DNA of 64,000 bases, taken from IMG/VR virus record IMGVR_UViG_3300046542_000259; one strand, written 5' to 3'. Below, one piece after another: positions 25,539 to 34,809 of this stretch; the first letter of the stretch is position 1; every line of letters starts with the position of its first letter. The position numbers and the translations under genes are program-made. Below the pieces are notes generated by a model. It worked only from the letters and a program-made list of their open reading frames with translations. It made no database searches and had not been told where the DNA came from. This DNA is from a virus. Lineage: Duplodnaviria; Heunggongvirae; Uroviricota; Caudoviricetes.

Positions 25539-28500
25539 ATGCTTATTACTGAGACAGAGCTTGAAAGGCTTATCGGTGGACTATTTGGTAATGGTTTAAC
25601 CGAAGGCAATATTGTATTTTTTGATAAAGACGACAAAGAATTAAAGACAAGAGACATTGATGAAGTAATTGATTTTGATCCGACCCACTTAAGCCTAGAA
25701 ACTGAAGCTGCCGAACTGGTTGGTTTTGGTCTAGCCGTTACTGACACTCCATCACATTACCCCGAACCTTCGGCGGTTGGGAAAGGACTAAATCTTTGGT
25801 TCTTCGAAACGGCCATTGATAATGATCTCCTGCCTCACTATAACGGCATTGTTGAGATTCCTTTATTTAATTATGAAATATCTGACAACTTCTACACCGA
25901 ATTCGATTTCGATGAAATCGAAGAAGTGGGTCAAGCTCCTATTTCCAAAATTGATACTTCTAAATCTGTAACGTTTGCCATGGCCAGTACGGCTCGTAGC
26001 GGTAAAGATCAATGGGAAAATCAAACCGGCAATGTTGGTCAATTTATCGAAATGCTTCTGGCCCACGTCGAGGGTAAAAAGGATGGAGCTTGTTTCCTTC
26101 AAGGCGAAATTGCGGGCAGTGGCAGATCAGCAAAAGCGCTGATCAAGAACTACTTCATTGGACTCGATCTCGATACAGGTGAAACAGCTGAAGAAATCGA
26201 CACACGGCTTGCTGAGACAGGTCTAGCTTATATTCGCTATACCACTCACTCCCACTTGAAAGACACGTCTGAGGCTAAGCGCGACAGCTTTTTCAAGTGG
26301 TGCGGCATGGATGCGACTAAGAACGTCGATCCTCGCCAGCTAAAGAAATACCTTCAAGAAGTGAAGGGTATTATCCCCCGCGTGTTAGAGACATTTGAAA
26401 TCTTGGAAGACAACAAAGTTTCTGAAGAAGGTACTTTGACCATTGTTCGCCACGCCCCTATGCCAAAGCATAGAATTATCTTCTTCTTGTCCGAGCCTTT
26501 CGTTTTTCAAGGAAAAGCGAATCAAACTGAAGAAATTAAGGCTTGGAAAGAACATTATCACGGCTTTGGTACTACACTTGGTTTCGTGTATGATAAGTCC
26601 TGCCTCGATCCGGCACGTCTTTTCTATCTCCCGCGACATGCCAAAAATCAACCATTTGAGACAAAATTTGTAGACGGAGACTATGTCGATCTTCGCTGTT
26701 ATGATCGTGTCGTCATGTCTCGCGATACAAACACTCAATCAGTTAACGCCTTCACCAGTGCAGCTGGGGCTCTAGGCGCCAACAGTGATGGGATGTTTGT
26801 CGAAGGTTACAATCTCAAGCGTTGGATCGCGACGCATGATTGTGACATTGTTAGCCTGATCGAAGAATATTACCCCGACGCTATTAAATCCCCTAGAACG
26901 AATGGTCCCGGCTTCCACATCGAGTGCCCTTTTGAAGATGAGCATTCAAAGGCTGGCGGCTTAGGCACATTTGCGATTAATGGCAGCGATAATGACAAGG
27001 GGTTTCATATTCATTGTACCCACGATTCTTGCCATGGTAGACAAAAACTCGATTACATAAAGAAGATGGTGGAACTGGAATGGTTTCCTGTAGCTGCGCT
27101 TCAAGATGAGACATATTGCCCCAGCATCGTTAAGGATGAAGATTCCACGATAGAACGCGATGAGGACGAAGAAGAATTAGACATTGACGGACTGATTGAC
27201 ACACTTGATAAAGAATCTACCAAAGATGATGCAATCGATGTTCTTAGAAAAATCGGTAGACTGGCTGATTTAGACAAAGAAGAATACGACGCGATCATTG
27301 GTAAAATTGGCAGAAAGACTAAGGTCAAGAAACGCGAACTGGCAAAATTCGTCCCGACAAAATTCAAAAAGTCGGCGGAAGAGTCATCTAAAATTCTTGA
27401 CGAAGCTGAAAAAGTTTTAATGGCCTACAATGATCGCTACGCAATGGTTGACACTGGCTCTAAAGTCGTTATCATGGATTTCAACAAGAAAGATATGTCT
27501 TTCATGAATCGAGATGACTGGAAAGCGTTGAAAGCGAATGAGAAAATTCTAGTAAGTGTAAGTCAAAACGAATCGAAGATGGAATCGGTGGCTAAGGTTT
27601 GGTGCGAGTGGAGTCAGCGTCGAACCTATGAAGGCGTATCATTCGATCCAAGACCGGCTCCTGATAAAACAAAAATGAATCTTTTTAATGGCTTCGTTAA
27701 AGTTCCGCGTAAGGGAAATTGGGACCTATTAAAAAATCACATTTTCACCGTACTCTGTCATAGCAATGAGCACGAATTCATGTGGCTCTTGACGTGGATG
27801 GCTCACATTTTTCAGCGCCCATGGGAAAAAATGGGCTCAGCCATCGTGGTTCGTGGCACAAAAGGTGCCGGTAAATCTATCGCGTTCGGTTTCTTGAAAG
27901 ACCTACTCGATAAATACGCCATGAGTTCGGCTAACTCCTCTCATATCACTGGTAACTTCAACTGGCACTTCAGAGATAAGCTTTTGCTCATCGCGGAAGA
28001 AGGTTTGTTCGCCGGTAGCGCCAAGGACGATTCAGTTCTGAAGGAACTGATTACGGGCAAGACTCTCACCATGGAACCGAAAGGCATTGACGCCTTCGAC
28101 ATGGAAAATTTCGTTCGCCTAATCATTATTTCGAACGAAGAATGGGTCATTAACGCCACGCCGGATGAGCGTCGTTATTATGTCACTGAAGCCCTCGATA
28201 CCCACAAAGACAATTTACAGTACTTCGAAGCAATTACGGAGCAAATGGAAAATGGTGGGTACGAAGCGATGATGTACGATCTTCTCAATTTTGAGCCTCC
28301 CTTCGAAGAAGGTTGGAAGATTTTGAGACGGCCACCAAAGACTAAGGCTCTGGCGAAGCAGATCAGCCGTTCCACTCACGCTTGGGAACGCTTCTTCATC
28401 AGCTTGGTCGAGAATATGGGTGTCAGTGAAGCCACGAGTGACATTGAACCGATTGAGTTAGAATATGATGAATCAACATTGGTGAGACCGGATGACTTAA

Positions 28501-28730
28501 GATATTATTATTACAACAGTCTAAGAACTAGCAGTTCAAAATATTACCAAACACCGGAGGCATTTAGGGAATTTTTGAAGAAATACTTCCCCGGTGTAAA
28601 AAACGTCAAAGTCACATTAGGAGCTAGAAAAGAAGTTTATCTCAAAATTCCCCCTCTAGCCGAAGTCATTCCTCACATTGAAAACAACCTAAAAATCAAA
28701 CTAGACATGATTGAATTTGAAAGCGAGTAA
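25539..28730 (+). CDS. Primase-polymerase (AEP) fused to an SF3 (D5/P4-alpha-like) helicase
   Basis: The N-terminus has AEP motifs IGLDLD (DxD) and YTTHSH (sxH). The middle has a Cys/His cluster (HIECPFEDEHS...HIHCTHDSCHG). The C-terminus has Walker A VVRGTKGAGKS and Walker B LLLIAEEG. 1063 aa. Confidence 0.7.
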   Translation: MLITETELERLIGGLFGNGLTEGNIVFFDKDDKELKTRDIDEVIDFDPTHLSLETEAAELVGFGLAVTDTPSHYPEPSAVGKGLNLWFFETAIDNDLLPHYNGIVEIPLFNYEISDNFYTEFDFDEIEEVGQAPISKIDTSKSVTFAMASTARSGKDQWENQTGNVGQFIEMLLAHVEGKKDGACFLQGEIAGSGRSAKALIKNYFIGLDLDTGETAEEIDTRLAETGLAYIRYTTHSHLKDTSEAKRDSFFKWCGMDATKNVDPRQLKKYLQEVKGIIPRVLETFEILEDNKVSEEGTLTIVRHAPMPKHRIIFFLSEPFVFQGKANQTEEIKAWKEHYHGFGTTLGFVYDKSCLDPARLFYLPRHAKNQPFETKFVDGDYVDLRCYDRVVMSRDTNTQSVNAFTSAAGALGANSDGMFVEGYNLKRWIATHDCDIVSLIEEYYPDAIKSPRTNGPGFHIECPFEDEHSKAGGLGTFAINGSDNDKGFHIHCTHDSCHGRQKLDYIKKMVELEWFPVAALQDETYCPSIVKDEDSTIERDEDEEELDIDGLIDTLDKESTKDDAIDVLRKIGRLADLDKEEYDAIIGKIGRKTKVKKRELAKFVPTKFKKSAEESSKILDEAEKVLMAYNDRYAMVDTGSKVVIMDFNKKDMSFMNRDDWKALKANEKILVSVSQNESKMESVAKVWCEWSQRRTYEGVSFDPRPAPDKTKMNLFNGFVKVPRKGNWDLLKNHIFTVLCHSNEHEFMWLLTWMAHIFQRPWEKMGSAIVVRGTKGAGKSIAFGFLKDLLDKYAMSSANSSHITGNFNWHFRDKLLLIAEEGLFAGSAKDDSVLKELITGKTLTMEPKGIDAFDMENFVRLIIISNEEWVINATPDERRYYVTEALDTHKDNLQYFEAITEQMENGGYEAMMYDLLNFEPPFEEGWKILRRPPKTKALAKQISRSTHAWERFFISLVENMGVSEATSDIEPIELEYDESTLVRPDDLRYYYYNSLRTSSSKYYQTPEAFREFLKKYFPGVKNVKVTLGARKEVYLKIPPLAEVIPHIENNLKIKLDMIEFESE

Positions 28731-28989
28731 AAGTAACATGGACTACAACCTATTTCAAGAAAAGATTATCCAGAACCTAGACGACATGGAAGAAGCGTTG
28801 GAAGGTTATGAAATTGACGAGTTCTACGTCACTGTTGAGAGAGATCGGGATGAGGGGTATAAGGCGTACTTCTTCCTCACCGCAGACGGCGAGCCACTAG
28901 CCTCCACAGAAGGATGGGGCAACGTTAAAACCACATTGATTGATGATATTAAGTCAGTGTTTGGCGAAGAAGTAGATATTGAGCTATGA
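28711..28989 (+). CDS. Hypothetical acidic protein
   Basis: Coupled ORF. Confidence 0.35.
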   Translation: MNLKASKSNMDYNLFQEKIIQNLDDMEEALEGYEIDEFYVTVERDRDEGYKAYFFLTADGEPLASTEGWGNVKTTLIDDIKSVFGEEVDIEL

Positions 28990-29168
28990 GTTCTGATCTA
29001 AAAGATTATATGGAAGAACTTATTGAAGCTTTCGAAGAAGCCAACTCTTTGTGTCGCAGCATGAATTCCATCGCTGAGAGGAATGGAGAATACACAAATT
29101 GGGAAGCTTTTAGGAAAAGATTATCAGAAGCTTTGGTTAGGCAGCATAGTATTTTATATTATCGATAA
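28986..29168 (+). CDS. Hypothetical protein
   Basis: Coupled ORF. Confidence 0.3.
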   Translation: MSSDLKDYMEELIEAFEEANSLCRSMNSIAERNGEYTNWEAFRKRLSEALVRQHSILYYR

Positions 29169-29170
29169 AT

Positions 29171-29224
29171 ATAAAAATGGAGAAAGTCGTTATAAATTGA
29201 CTTTCTCCATTTTTGTGTTATGAT
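29171..29224 (+). promoter_or_regulatory. Hairpin plus sigma70-like promoter element, copy 1
   Basis: 15-bp perfect inverted repeat AAAATGGAGAAAGTC (29174-29188) / GACTTTCTCCATTTT (29199-29213). TTGACT lies in the right arm (29197-29202), 16 nt, TATGAT (29219-29224). Confidence 0.5.
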
Positions 29225-29253
29225 AGTGCTTTTATCTCTTTGAAAGTCTTATT

Positions 29254-30240
29254 ATGCCTACAGCCGTTTCATACCCGTTTGGAAAGAAAAGTTTTTCCGG
29301 CCCGAACACGCTAAAGTACGGTCTTCTTAATAAGAAGAAAATCTGTTTCAGGGGATGGGTTCCGCCTATTAACGTCACGCCTCCCGCCATTACTGGTAAC
29401 AGATGGATAGGTCAAACGCTAAGCACCACCAATGGAGAGTGGGACGACGCAGGCTCAACTATCTCGGCTTACACTTATCAATGGAAGCGGAACGGCGCAG
29501 TTATTGTTGGAGCAACGGCAATCACCTATGTCCTTGTCGCCGCAGATGGTGGAACAACCATCACATGCACTGTGACCGCCATCAATATGGGCGGCGGCAC
29601 TAGTGCTGAGACAGCAGCAGTTTCCGCCATGTCACCGTCTAAGAGTTTCATTGAAGGCCGTACCGCTGTGACAGCGGGAACGACGACTCATACAGCTGTT
29701 AGCTTCGGGGAAATCGCACCAGCGGGCGAAAAACGTTATGTCGTAGTTTGCATCGCTTACGAAGACCTGTCATCGGCACGCACGATCACTTCCGTTACTG
29801 TGGGAGGAATAGCCGCGACACGAGTGATTCGTTCACAAGCCGATGCATCTTTATCCGGCTCGGAAATTTGGATCGCTGATGTACCGACTGGAACTTCTGG
29901 TACGATCTCCTTTACCTCCAGCGCCAACCGTACTTCGATTTCTGTATATAGAGTGATGAATATCACCAGCGCCACAGCAACATCGACGGCAATCATTGCG
30001 ACTAGCGGTAATGGCCCTGCGAATCTGAGTGTCACAACAGGCGATGTGGTCCTAGCGGTACAAGCGACGTTTGGAACGACGGATGTTACCTTCACCGCTG
30101 TCACTGAGGATTATGACGTGACGGCTGGTTCGTTCCATCGTGGAGCGAGTGGGTCGTCAATTGCTGCCACAACTGGTACGCTTGGAGTTAATAGCTCGCC
30201 TGTCAGTGGACGGCAATTGTGTGTCGCGGCTTTCCGTTAA
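29254..30240 (+). CDS. Tail fibre protein (receptor-binding cassette A)
   Basis: N-terminal MPTAVSYPFGKK... adaptor segment shared with ORF 30350. Thr/Ala/Gly-rich body. Confidence 0.4.
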   Translation: MPTAVSYPFGKKSFSGPNTLKYGLLNKKKICFRGWVPPINVTPPAITGNRWIGQTLSTTNGEWDDAGSTISAYTYQWKRNGAVIVGATAITYVLVAADGGTTITCTVTAINMGGGTSAETAAVSAMSPSKSFIEGRTAVTAGTTTHTAVSFGEIAPAGEKRYVVVCIAYEDLSSARTITSVTVGGIAATRVIRSQADASLSGSEIWIADVPTGTSGTISFTSSANRTSISVYRVMNITSATATSTAIIATSGNGPANLSVTTGDVVLAVQATFGTTDVTFTAVTEDYDVTAGSFHRGASGSSIAATTGTLGVNSSPVSGRQLCVAAFR

Positions 30241-30262
30241 CTAAGCTTTAATTTAATTTTTT

Positions 30263-30312
30263 TTCTGGAGAAAGTCAGTATAAATTGACTTTCTCCATTT
30301 GTATGTTATAAT
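30263..30312 (+). promoter_or_regulatory. Hairpin plus sigma70-like promoter element, copy 2
   Basis: GGAGAAAGTC (30267-30276) / GACTTTCTCC (30287-30296). TTGACT (30285-30290), 16 nt, TATAAT (30307-30312). Confidence 0.5.
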
Positions 30313-30349
30313 GCAGTCTTTATAATTTTTTATTTAAAGGATTTTTATT

Positions 30350-30559
30350 TTGCCTACAATTATTACATTCCCTTTTGGGAAAAAGACATACCCAAATCCG
30401 AGCCAGAAAAAGAATAAAATTAAGAACAGAGCCGCGCCTTCTGATGGAGGGATGGTGCCTGCCGGATATACACAGACGTTTAATAATGGTGTTCCAGTTA
30501 CTTATAACGGCAAGCCGGTCTTTGATGACGGAACCAATTTTTATGTGAGATCAGCATGA
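30350..30559 (+). CDS. Stand-alone N-terminal fibre adaptor segment (69 aa)
   Basis: MPTIITFPFGKKTYPNP... is paralogous to the N-terminus of 29254..30240. Its stop overlaps the next start (ATGA). Confidence 0.35.
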   Translation: MPTIITFPFGKKTYPNPSQKKNKIKNRAAPSDGGMVPAGYTQTFNNGVPVTYNGKPVFDDGTNFYVRSA

Positions 30560-32139
30560 GCGAATTTGTAGATGTACTTTATGAATCCGGCATCCCTCAT
30601 GGAATAGTTGGATCAAACCGTTTTAATCCATTTGACTCGAATGTGATGCTGAATTATTACATTGAGTCCACAGACGGAATTGCTTATCTTTCAAACGCTG
30701 GAGCCACGAAGTATCATCTTTCCGGGTATATTCCGGTTAAACCCGGAGTCACGTATCGAAAAAGTTCCAATAGTGGACCTATTGGATATTTTGATAGGAA
30801 TCTTGTTTGGCTATCCGGCGTTCTGTCCCCCGGCAATACTTTCACTCCTCCTTCCGGGGCCTCTTATGTCCGCCTTTCGATTCCAAGAACTGCATGGTCC
30901 AGTTTCTATGTAATCATTGACGGAGAATCGGCAGTTTGGACACCGTATGGAAATAGACCAGCGAATGTTCCGACAAATCCGTTGAACATTGGATTTATGA
31001 GGAAATCGAAGCACCTTCTCATGAAGCGTCTGCTACCGTCGCCGGAATCGGCCCGTGTCATTTTTAACTGCGCCGGAGATAGTTACACCCACAACGCAAG
31101 TCGTTGGACCAAGTATTTCGCGGAATATATGGTCGCAAAATATGGTGATGGCGGCGGCGGATGGTGTGGTTTCAGCTACTCGTCGGCTGGCACACCTCCT
31201 TACGGAGTAGGAAATCAGCCTTCGTCTCTCAACGGAAATGTTAGAGCGGCTACTTACCCTACATTAATCTTCGCAACTCCAATCGCCTCTTATGCTTCGA
31301 AAAATATGCCTGATATCAGTGCATTGACGTTAGCAGCTACGGGCCAATATGCATTTCAGGCATTTCCAGCTTTGCCAGTACATAACGGAATAGATTTGTT
31401 CTTCGAAGGTACGACAGATGGAGTGGTAAAATATAGACACGGCACTTACGTATCCGGGGCTGTGGATGATCCCGCTAGCTACTCATGGGGAAGCAACACA
31501 AACATCAACCTTCAAGGAACTGTAGGCGCGACACAGATTGCAGACATAAAAACTGGAATGACTAGCGGAGCGGGTGCTGTAATTGTAGAATGGGTCTCAG
31601 GAACGTCAATCGTATCAGGGGTAAACCTAAAATCTACCGCTAATGGCGTGGTCGTCAACAAGATTGCGGCGAGCGGGTCTCAGGCGAATAGCTGGTACAG
31701 CAGAGATGCAACTAATTGGCAAACCGGCATTGCCGCGCTCGGCGGTGACGTTTTTATATACATGGATGGACCTAACAGTCAGTCCTCAACCGTTACTCCC
31801 GCGACATGGGGCGCGTATGTTGAAACGATTATGACAAGGGTTAGAGTCGCCCTACCCGGAAGTGATATTCTTGTCGTAACGCCCCCGGAAAATCAGAGAA
31901 CCGATAACCGTATTTCTATCTTGAGCTACCAAGTTGAAGCCGTTGCTAGGGCTATTAAGAATAGATACACTTTTCTCGATCTTCAGACCGCGTTTGGTGA
32001 TGGCGGGAATGCGACTGAATACGGGAGCGCTGGTATCATACCCCTGTTTAACGCAGACCTTCTTCACCCGGAGCCTGCAACTGGCGGTCGTCTGATGCTA
32101 AAAGAATTTCTTCGAACTATCGAGCCATTATCGACCTAA
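30556..32139 (+). CDS. Tail fibre/spike protein with an SGNH hydrolase domain (cassette B)
   Basis: Block I NCAGDSYT, GPNS (block III-like) and C-terminal DLLHPEP (DxxH). Confidence 0.5.
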   Translation: MSEFVDVLYESGIPHGIVGSNRFNPFDSNVMLNYYIESTDGIAYLSNAGATKYHLSGYIPVKPGVTYRKSSNSGPIGYFDRNLVWLSGVLSPGNTFTPPSGASYVRLSIPRTAWSSFYVIIDGESAVWTPYGNRPANVPTNPLNIGFMRKSKHLLMKRLLPSPESARVIFNCAGDSYTHNASRWTKYFAEYMVAKYGDGGGGWCGFSYSSAGTPPYGVGNQPSSLNGNVRAATYPTLIFATPIASYASKNMPDISALTLAATGQYAFQAFPALPVHNGIDLFFEGTTDGVVKYRHGTYVSGAVDDPASYSWGSNTNINLQGTVGATQIADIKTGMTSGAGAVIVEWVSGTSIVSGVNLKSTANGVVVNKIAASGSQANSWYSRDATNWQTGIAALGGDVFIYMDGPNSQSSTVTPATWGAYVETIMTRVRVALPGSDILVVTPPENQRTDNRISILSYQVEAVARAIKNRYTFLDLQTAFGDGGNATEYGSAGIIPLFNADLLHPEPATGGRLMLKEFLRTIEPLST

Positions 32140-32158
32140 TCAGTTTATCCATAAAAAT

Positions 32159-32190
32159 AAAGCCCGCCAATGGCGGGGCTTTAATCTTTT
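32159..32190 (+). terminator. Rho-independent terminator
   Basis: AGCCCGCC / AATG / GGCGGGGCT followed by TTAATCTTTT. Confidence 0.65.
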
Positions 32191-32202
32191 AGGGGTAGCA
32201 TA

Positions 32203-32325
32203 TGCCCTTGATGGCTGGTTCGTTCCATCGAGGAGCGAGCGGGGTCGGTAATTGCCGCTTCGACCGGAACGCTGGGGTTAATAGTTCTCCTGTCAGTGGT
32301 CGGCAATTATGTGTCGCGGCTTTCC
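32203..32325 (+). pseudogene. Duplicated relic of the 3' end of fibre gene 29254..30240
   Basis: 32209..32330 is an imperfect direct repeat of 30119..30240. It keeps a 40-codon frame, MAGSFHRGASGVGNCRFDRNAGVNSSPVSGRQLCVAAFH, versus ...AGSFHRGASGSSIAATTGTLGVNSSPVSGRQLCVAAFR. Confidence 0.5.
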
Positions 32326-32369
32326 ATTAAAACATTTGAACTAGAAATTGCTTAATTCAGTTAATAATT

Positions 32370-33341
32370 ATGAGTAAACATGTATATCCACGCCTTAAAG
32401 AAGGTGATCAATTCAATTATTTAACCGTAATAGAATACGGTGGAAGGCAAAAAGCTTACAAATATAAGTGCGAGTGTGTATGTGGAAAAATAACATATGT
32501 TGTTAGTACAAATTTAAGGAACGGTAGAGCTAAATCATGCGGCTGTAAAGCTAGCGAGTTTAATATTAAAAATTTGCCTCGAAAACAAAGAGTAACGCCT
32601 ATCATAAACAAAATGTTTAGAGATTACAAATTAGGTGCTACTACAAGAAATTATGAATTTGATCTTTCTCTTTCGGAGTTTGAAGTGTTAATATTTAGGA
32701 GCTGCCATTATTGCGGATCACCGCCTAGCACACCTAAAAAGTCCAGAGCGGTTAAGGAAGCAAACGTCGAAGATTTGTACGTGAATGGAATAGATAGATT
32801 AGATAACAGTAAGGGGTATCATGCAAATAATGTTGTCCCATGTTGTAAAACTTGTAACTATGCTAAGGGTCCATTAACTGTTGAAGAGTGGATTTCTTGG
32901 ATAAGGCGTGTAATTACTTACAAATATTCCGAAAATAAAAATACCCTTGACTTTAATATTCGTTCCACTGAAGAAGATGGTCTTGGAGCTATTACATTAA
33001 AGCTTTATAGAGGCTACAGGAATGATGCCAAGAAAAGAGGTTACGAATTTTCTCTTCCTTACGACGATTTCTCTGTTTTAATTCAAAATAATTGTTCATA
33101 TTGTAATTCACCGCCCTCCACGAAAAAATCTCCGAGAAAAAATAAGTTTAAGAAATTGAAATCATTTCTATTGAATGGAGTTGATAGAATCGATAATTCA
33201 ATAGGCTATGCCGGATACAATTGTGTGCCCTGCTGTAAAATTTGTAATTACGCAAAACATAAATTAGATTTCAGTGATTGGATTAAATGGCTGGAGAATA
33301 TAAGGTTATATAATTATCCAGATAAAATAAAGCCCTCTTAA
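32370..33341 (+). CDS. Tandem-domain HNH-family endonuclease (homing-endonuclease-like)
   Basis: Two copies of CxYCxSPPS...NG[IV]DR[LI]DNSxGY...VPCCK[TI]CNYAK. Very AT-rich gene. Confidence 0.5.
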   Translation: MSKHVYPRLKEGDQFNYLTVIEYGGRQKAYKYKCECVCGKITYVVSTNLRNGRAKSCGCKASEFNIKNLPRKQRVTPIINKMFRDYKLGATTRNYEFDLSLSEFEVLIFRSCHYCGSPPSTPKKSRAVKEANVEDLYVNGIDRLDNSKGYHANNVVPCCKTCNYAKGPLTVEEWISWIRRVITYKYSENKNTLDFNIRSTEEDGLGAITLKLYRGYRNDAKKRGYEFSLPYDDFSVLIQNNCSYCNSPPSTKKSPRKNKFKKLKSFLLNGVDRIDNSIGYAGYNCVPCCKICNYAKHKLDFSDWIKWLENIRLYNYPDKIKPS

Positions 33342-33353
33342 GAGGGCTTTTTA
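33329..33353. terminator. Bidirectional intrinsic terminator (perfect palindrome)
   Basis: AAAGCCCTCTTAAGAGGGCTTTTT between the converging HNH (+) and NAMPT (-) genes. Confidence 0.65.
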
Positions 33354-33356
33354 GTT

Positions 33357-34778
33357 TTAAATTTTAGAGTTAGCTCGAACCTCGGAGAATTTAATTGGTG
33401 GTCGCAGATATTTACCACCCTCCCAAACCGGCTCAAGGAAGTTCTTAGTTCCGTGGCTTGCATTATCCAGATCAGCTTTCTTAATGGAAACTAGTTTGTC
33501 TCCATTAAAAACGACTGCCTGCCTACCTGCTTTACTAGCTTTGGACATATCCGTCTTTGGTCTCTTCTGGACATCGGTTCTGACGCCGTTAATAGTGACT
33601 TCGTTAGTCTTCATGGCCCACGAGAAATCGTCACGCATCGGAGCCTGAAGAAGTTGCCCTCCCATACCAAAAACTACGTTCTCGGCAGAGAATCCAGCAG
33701 AAGCGACGGCAAAAAGAATGTCGTTGATTGATTTACGGTTTACACCGTCTCCCTGAATAACTCGAACCTTTGGATTAAGAACTTTAAATTCTTTGGAATT
33801 AATCGTTGATCCAAATTTTTCGTCAAGCATTCTTAGAACACGCGGAACAACTTCCGTAGGCTCACCACTATCCGGTCTGACCACGATCCAGCCATCACGA
33901 GCTTCAATCTTTTCCTTATAAACCGTGCCGATGTACTCTGTAACGAAGCGATCAAGATCATAGCTGTCTGCAACAATCGAGATGATTGGATATCCCATAT
34001 CAGTAAAAGTATCAATCACCTTACCAATGAAAGCAGATTCTCCATCTTCTCCATTCATAGTCGTTACACTATGTTCCGTAGCGGGTACGGAAATAATTAC
34101 TGGACCATCTTTTTCTAGATCATGATCGTAGTAAACCACGGCGGCTTCGATGGCCTCAAGAGTATCCGATCCTAAGAAGGACAAGGCATGAGCCATACCA
34201 CCTAGAGACGCGGTTTCACCAGATGACACGCCGCGACCGGCGAAGTCATTCAGCGCACAAGCAAGAGTCATCGGATTATGGATATCCAGATCGGAAGTTT
34301 TCTTGTAAAATTCCGCAATATTTTTCTTGATTGCGCGAGAAAGCGTGGCGACCGTTGACGGATACCATATAGCCCGCAACAGACTCGTCTCAATTTCCGC
34401 CACGATCTCAGGCATTACGTCTGAGGAGATTTGAACCACCGGCACGCCATGAGGAACTACAGTACCTTCAGCAAGAGCTTCAATTTTTACCGGTACATAT
34501 CCATCGAATTCGTTAACAACTCTCTCCCACGTCTTGCGGCTGAAAGGAATCATGGCTGACTTAGCGTAACGTTCTGCCTTATCGATATCCTGAATTGTGA
34601 CTCGTTTCATCAGATATTCCCTGATGTAAGCCTGAAGCCCGAAGAATACAATTTCATCGGTCCAACCGGACCGAGCTTCGATGTAAGATACAGCTGATGT
34701 GATATCTTCTCGAACCACAAAAAGATGGCTGAATTTGTAAGCATCATTTGATGTAATAATATTTCTAGTAAGTAACAT
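33357..34778 (-). CDS. nadV: Nicotinamide phosphoribosyltransferase (NAMPT)
   Basis: The N-terminal NIITSNDAYKFSH matches the NAMPT [TS]DSYKxxH motif. 473 aa. AGGAGA RBS. Confidence 0.75.
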   Translation of the reverse strand: MLLTRNIITSNDAYKFSHLFVVREDITSAVSYIEARSGWTDEIVFFGLQAYIREYLMKRVTIQDIDKAERYAKSAMIPFSRKTWERVVNEFDGYVPVKIEALAEGTVVPHGVPVVQISSDVMPEIVAEIETSLLRAIWYPSTVATLSRAIKKNIAEFYKKTSDLDIHNPMTLACALNDFAGRGVSSGETASLGGMAHALSFLGSDTLEAIEAAVVYYDHDLEKDGPVIISVPATEHSVTTMNGEDGESAFIGKVIDTFTDMGYPIISIVADSYDLDRFVTEYIGTVYKEKIEARDGWIVVRPDSGEPTEVVPRVLRMLDEKFGSTINSKEFKVLNPKVRVIQGDGVNRKSINDILFAVASAGFSAENVVFGMGGQLLQAPMRDDFSWAMKTNEVTINGVRTDVQKRPKTDMSKASKAGRQAVVFNGDKLVSIKKADLDNASHGTKNFLEPVWEGGKYLRPPIKFSEVRANSKI

Positions 34779-34809
34779 TAAAATTTTCTCCTAAGTTATT
34801 GAATTAAAT

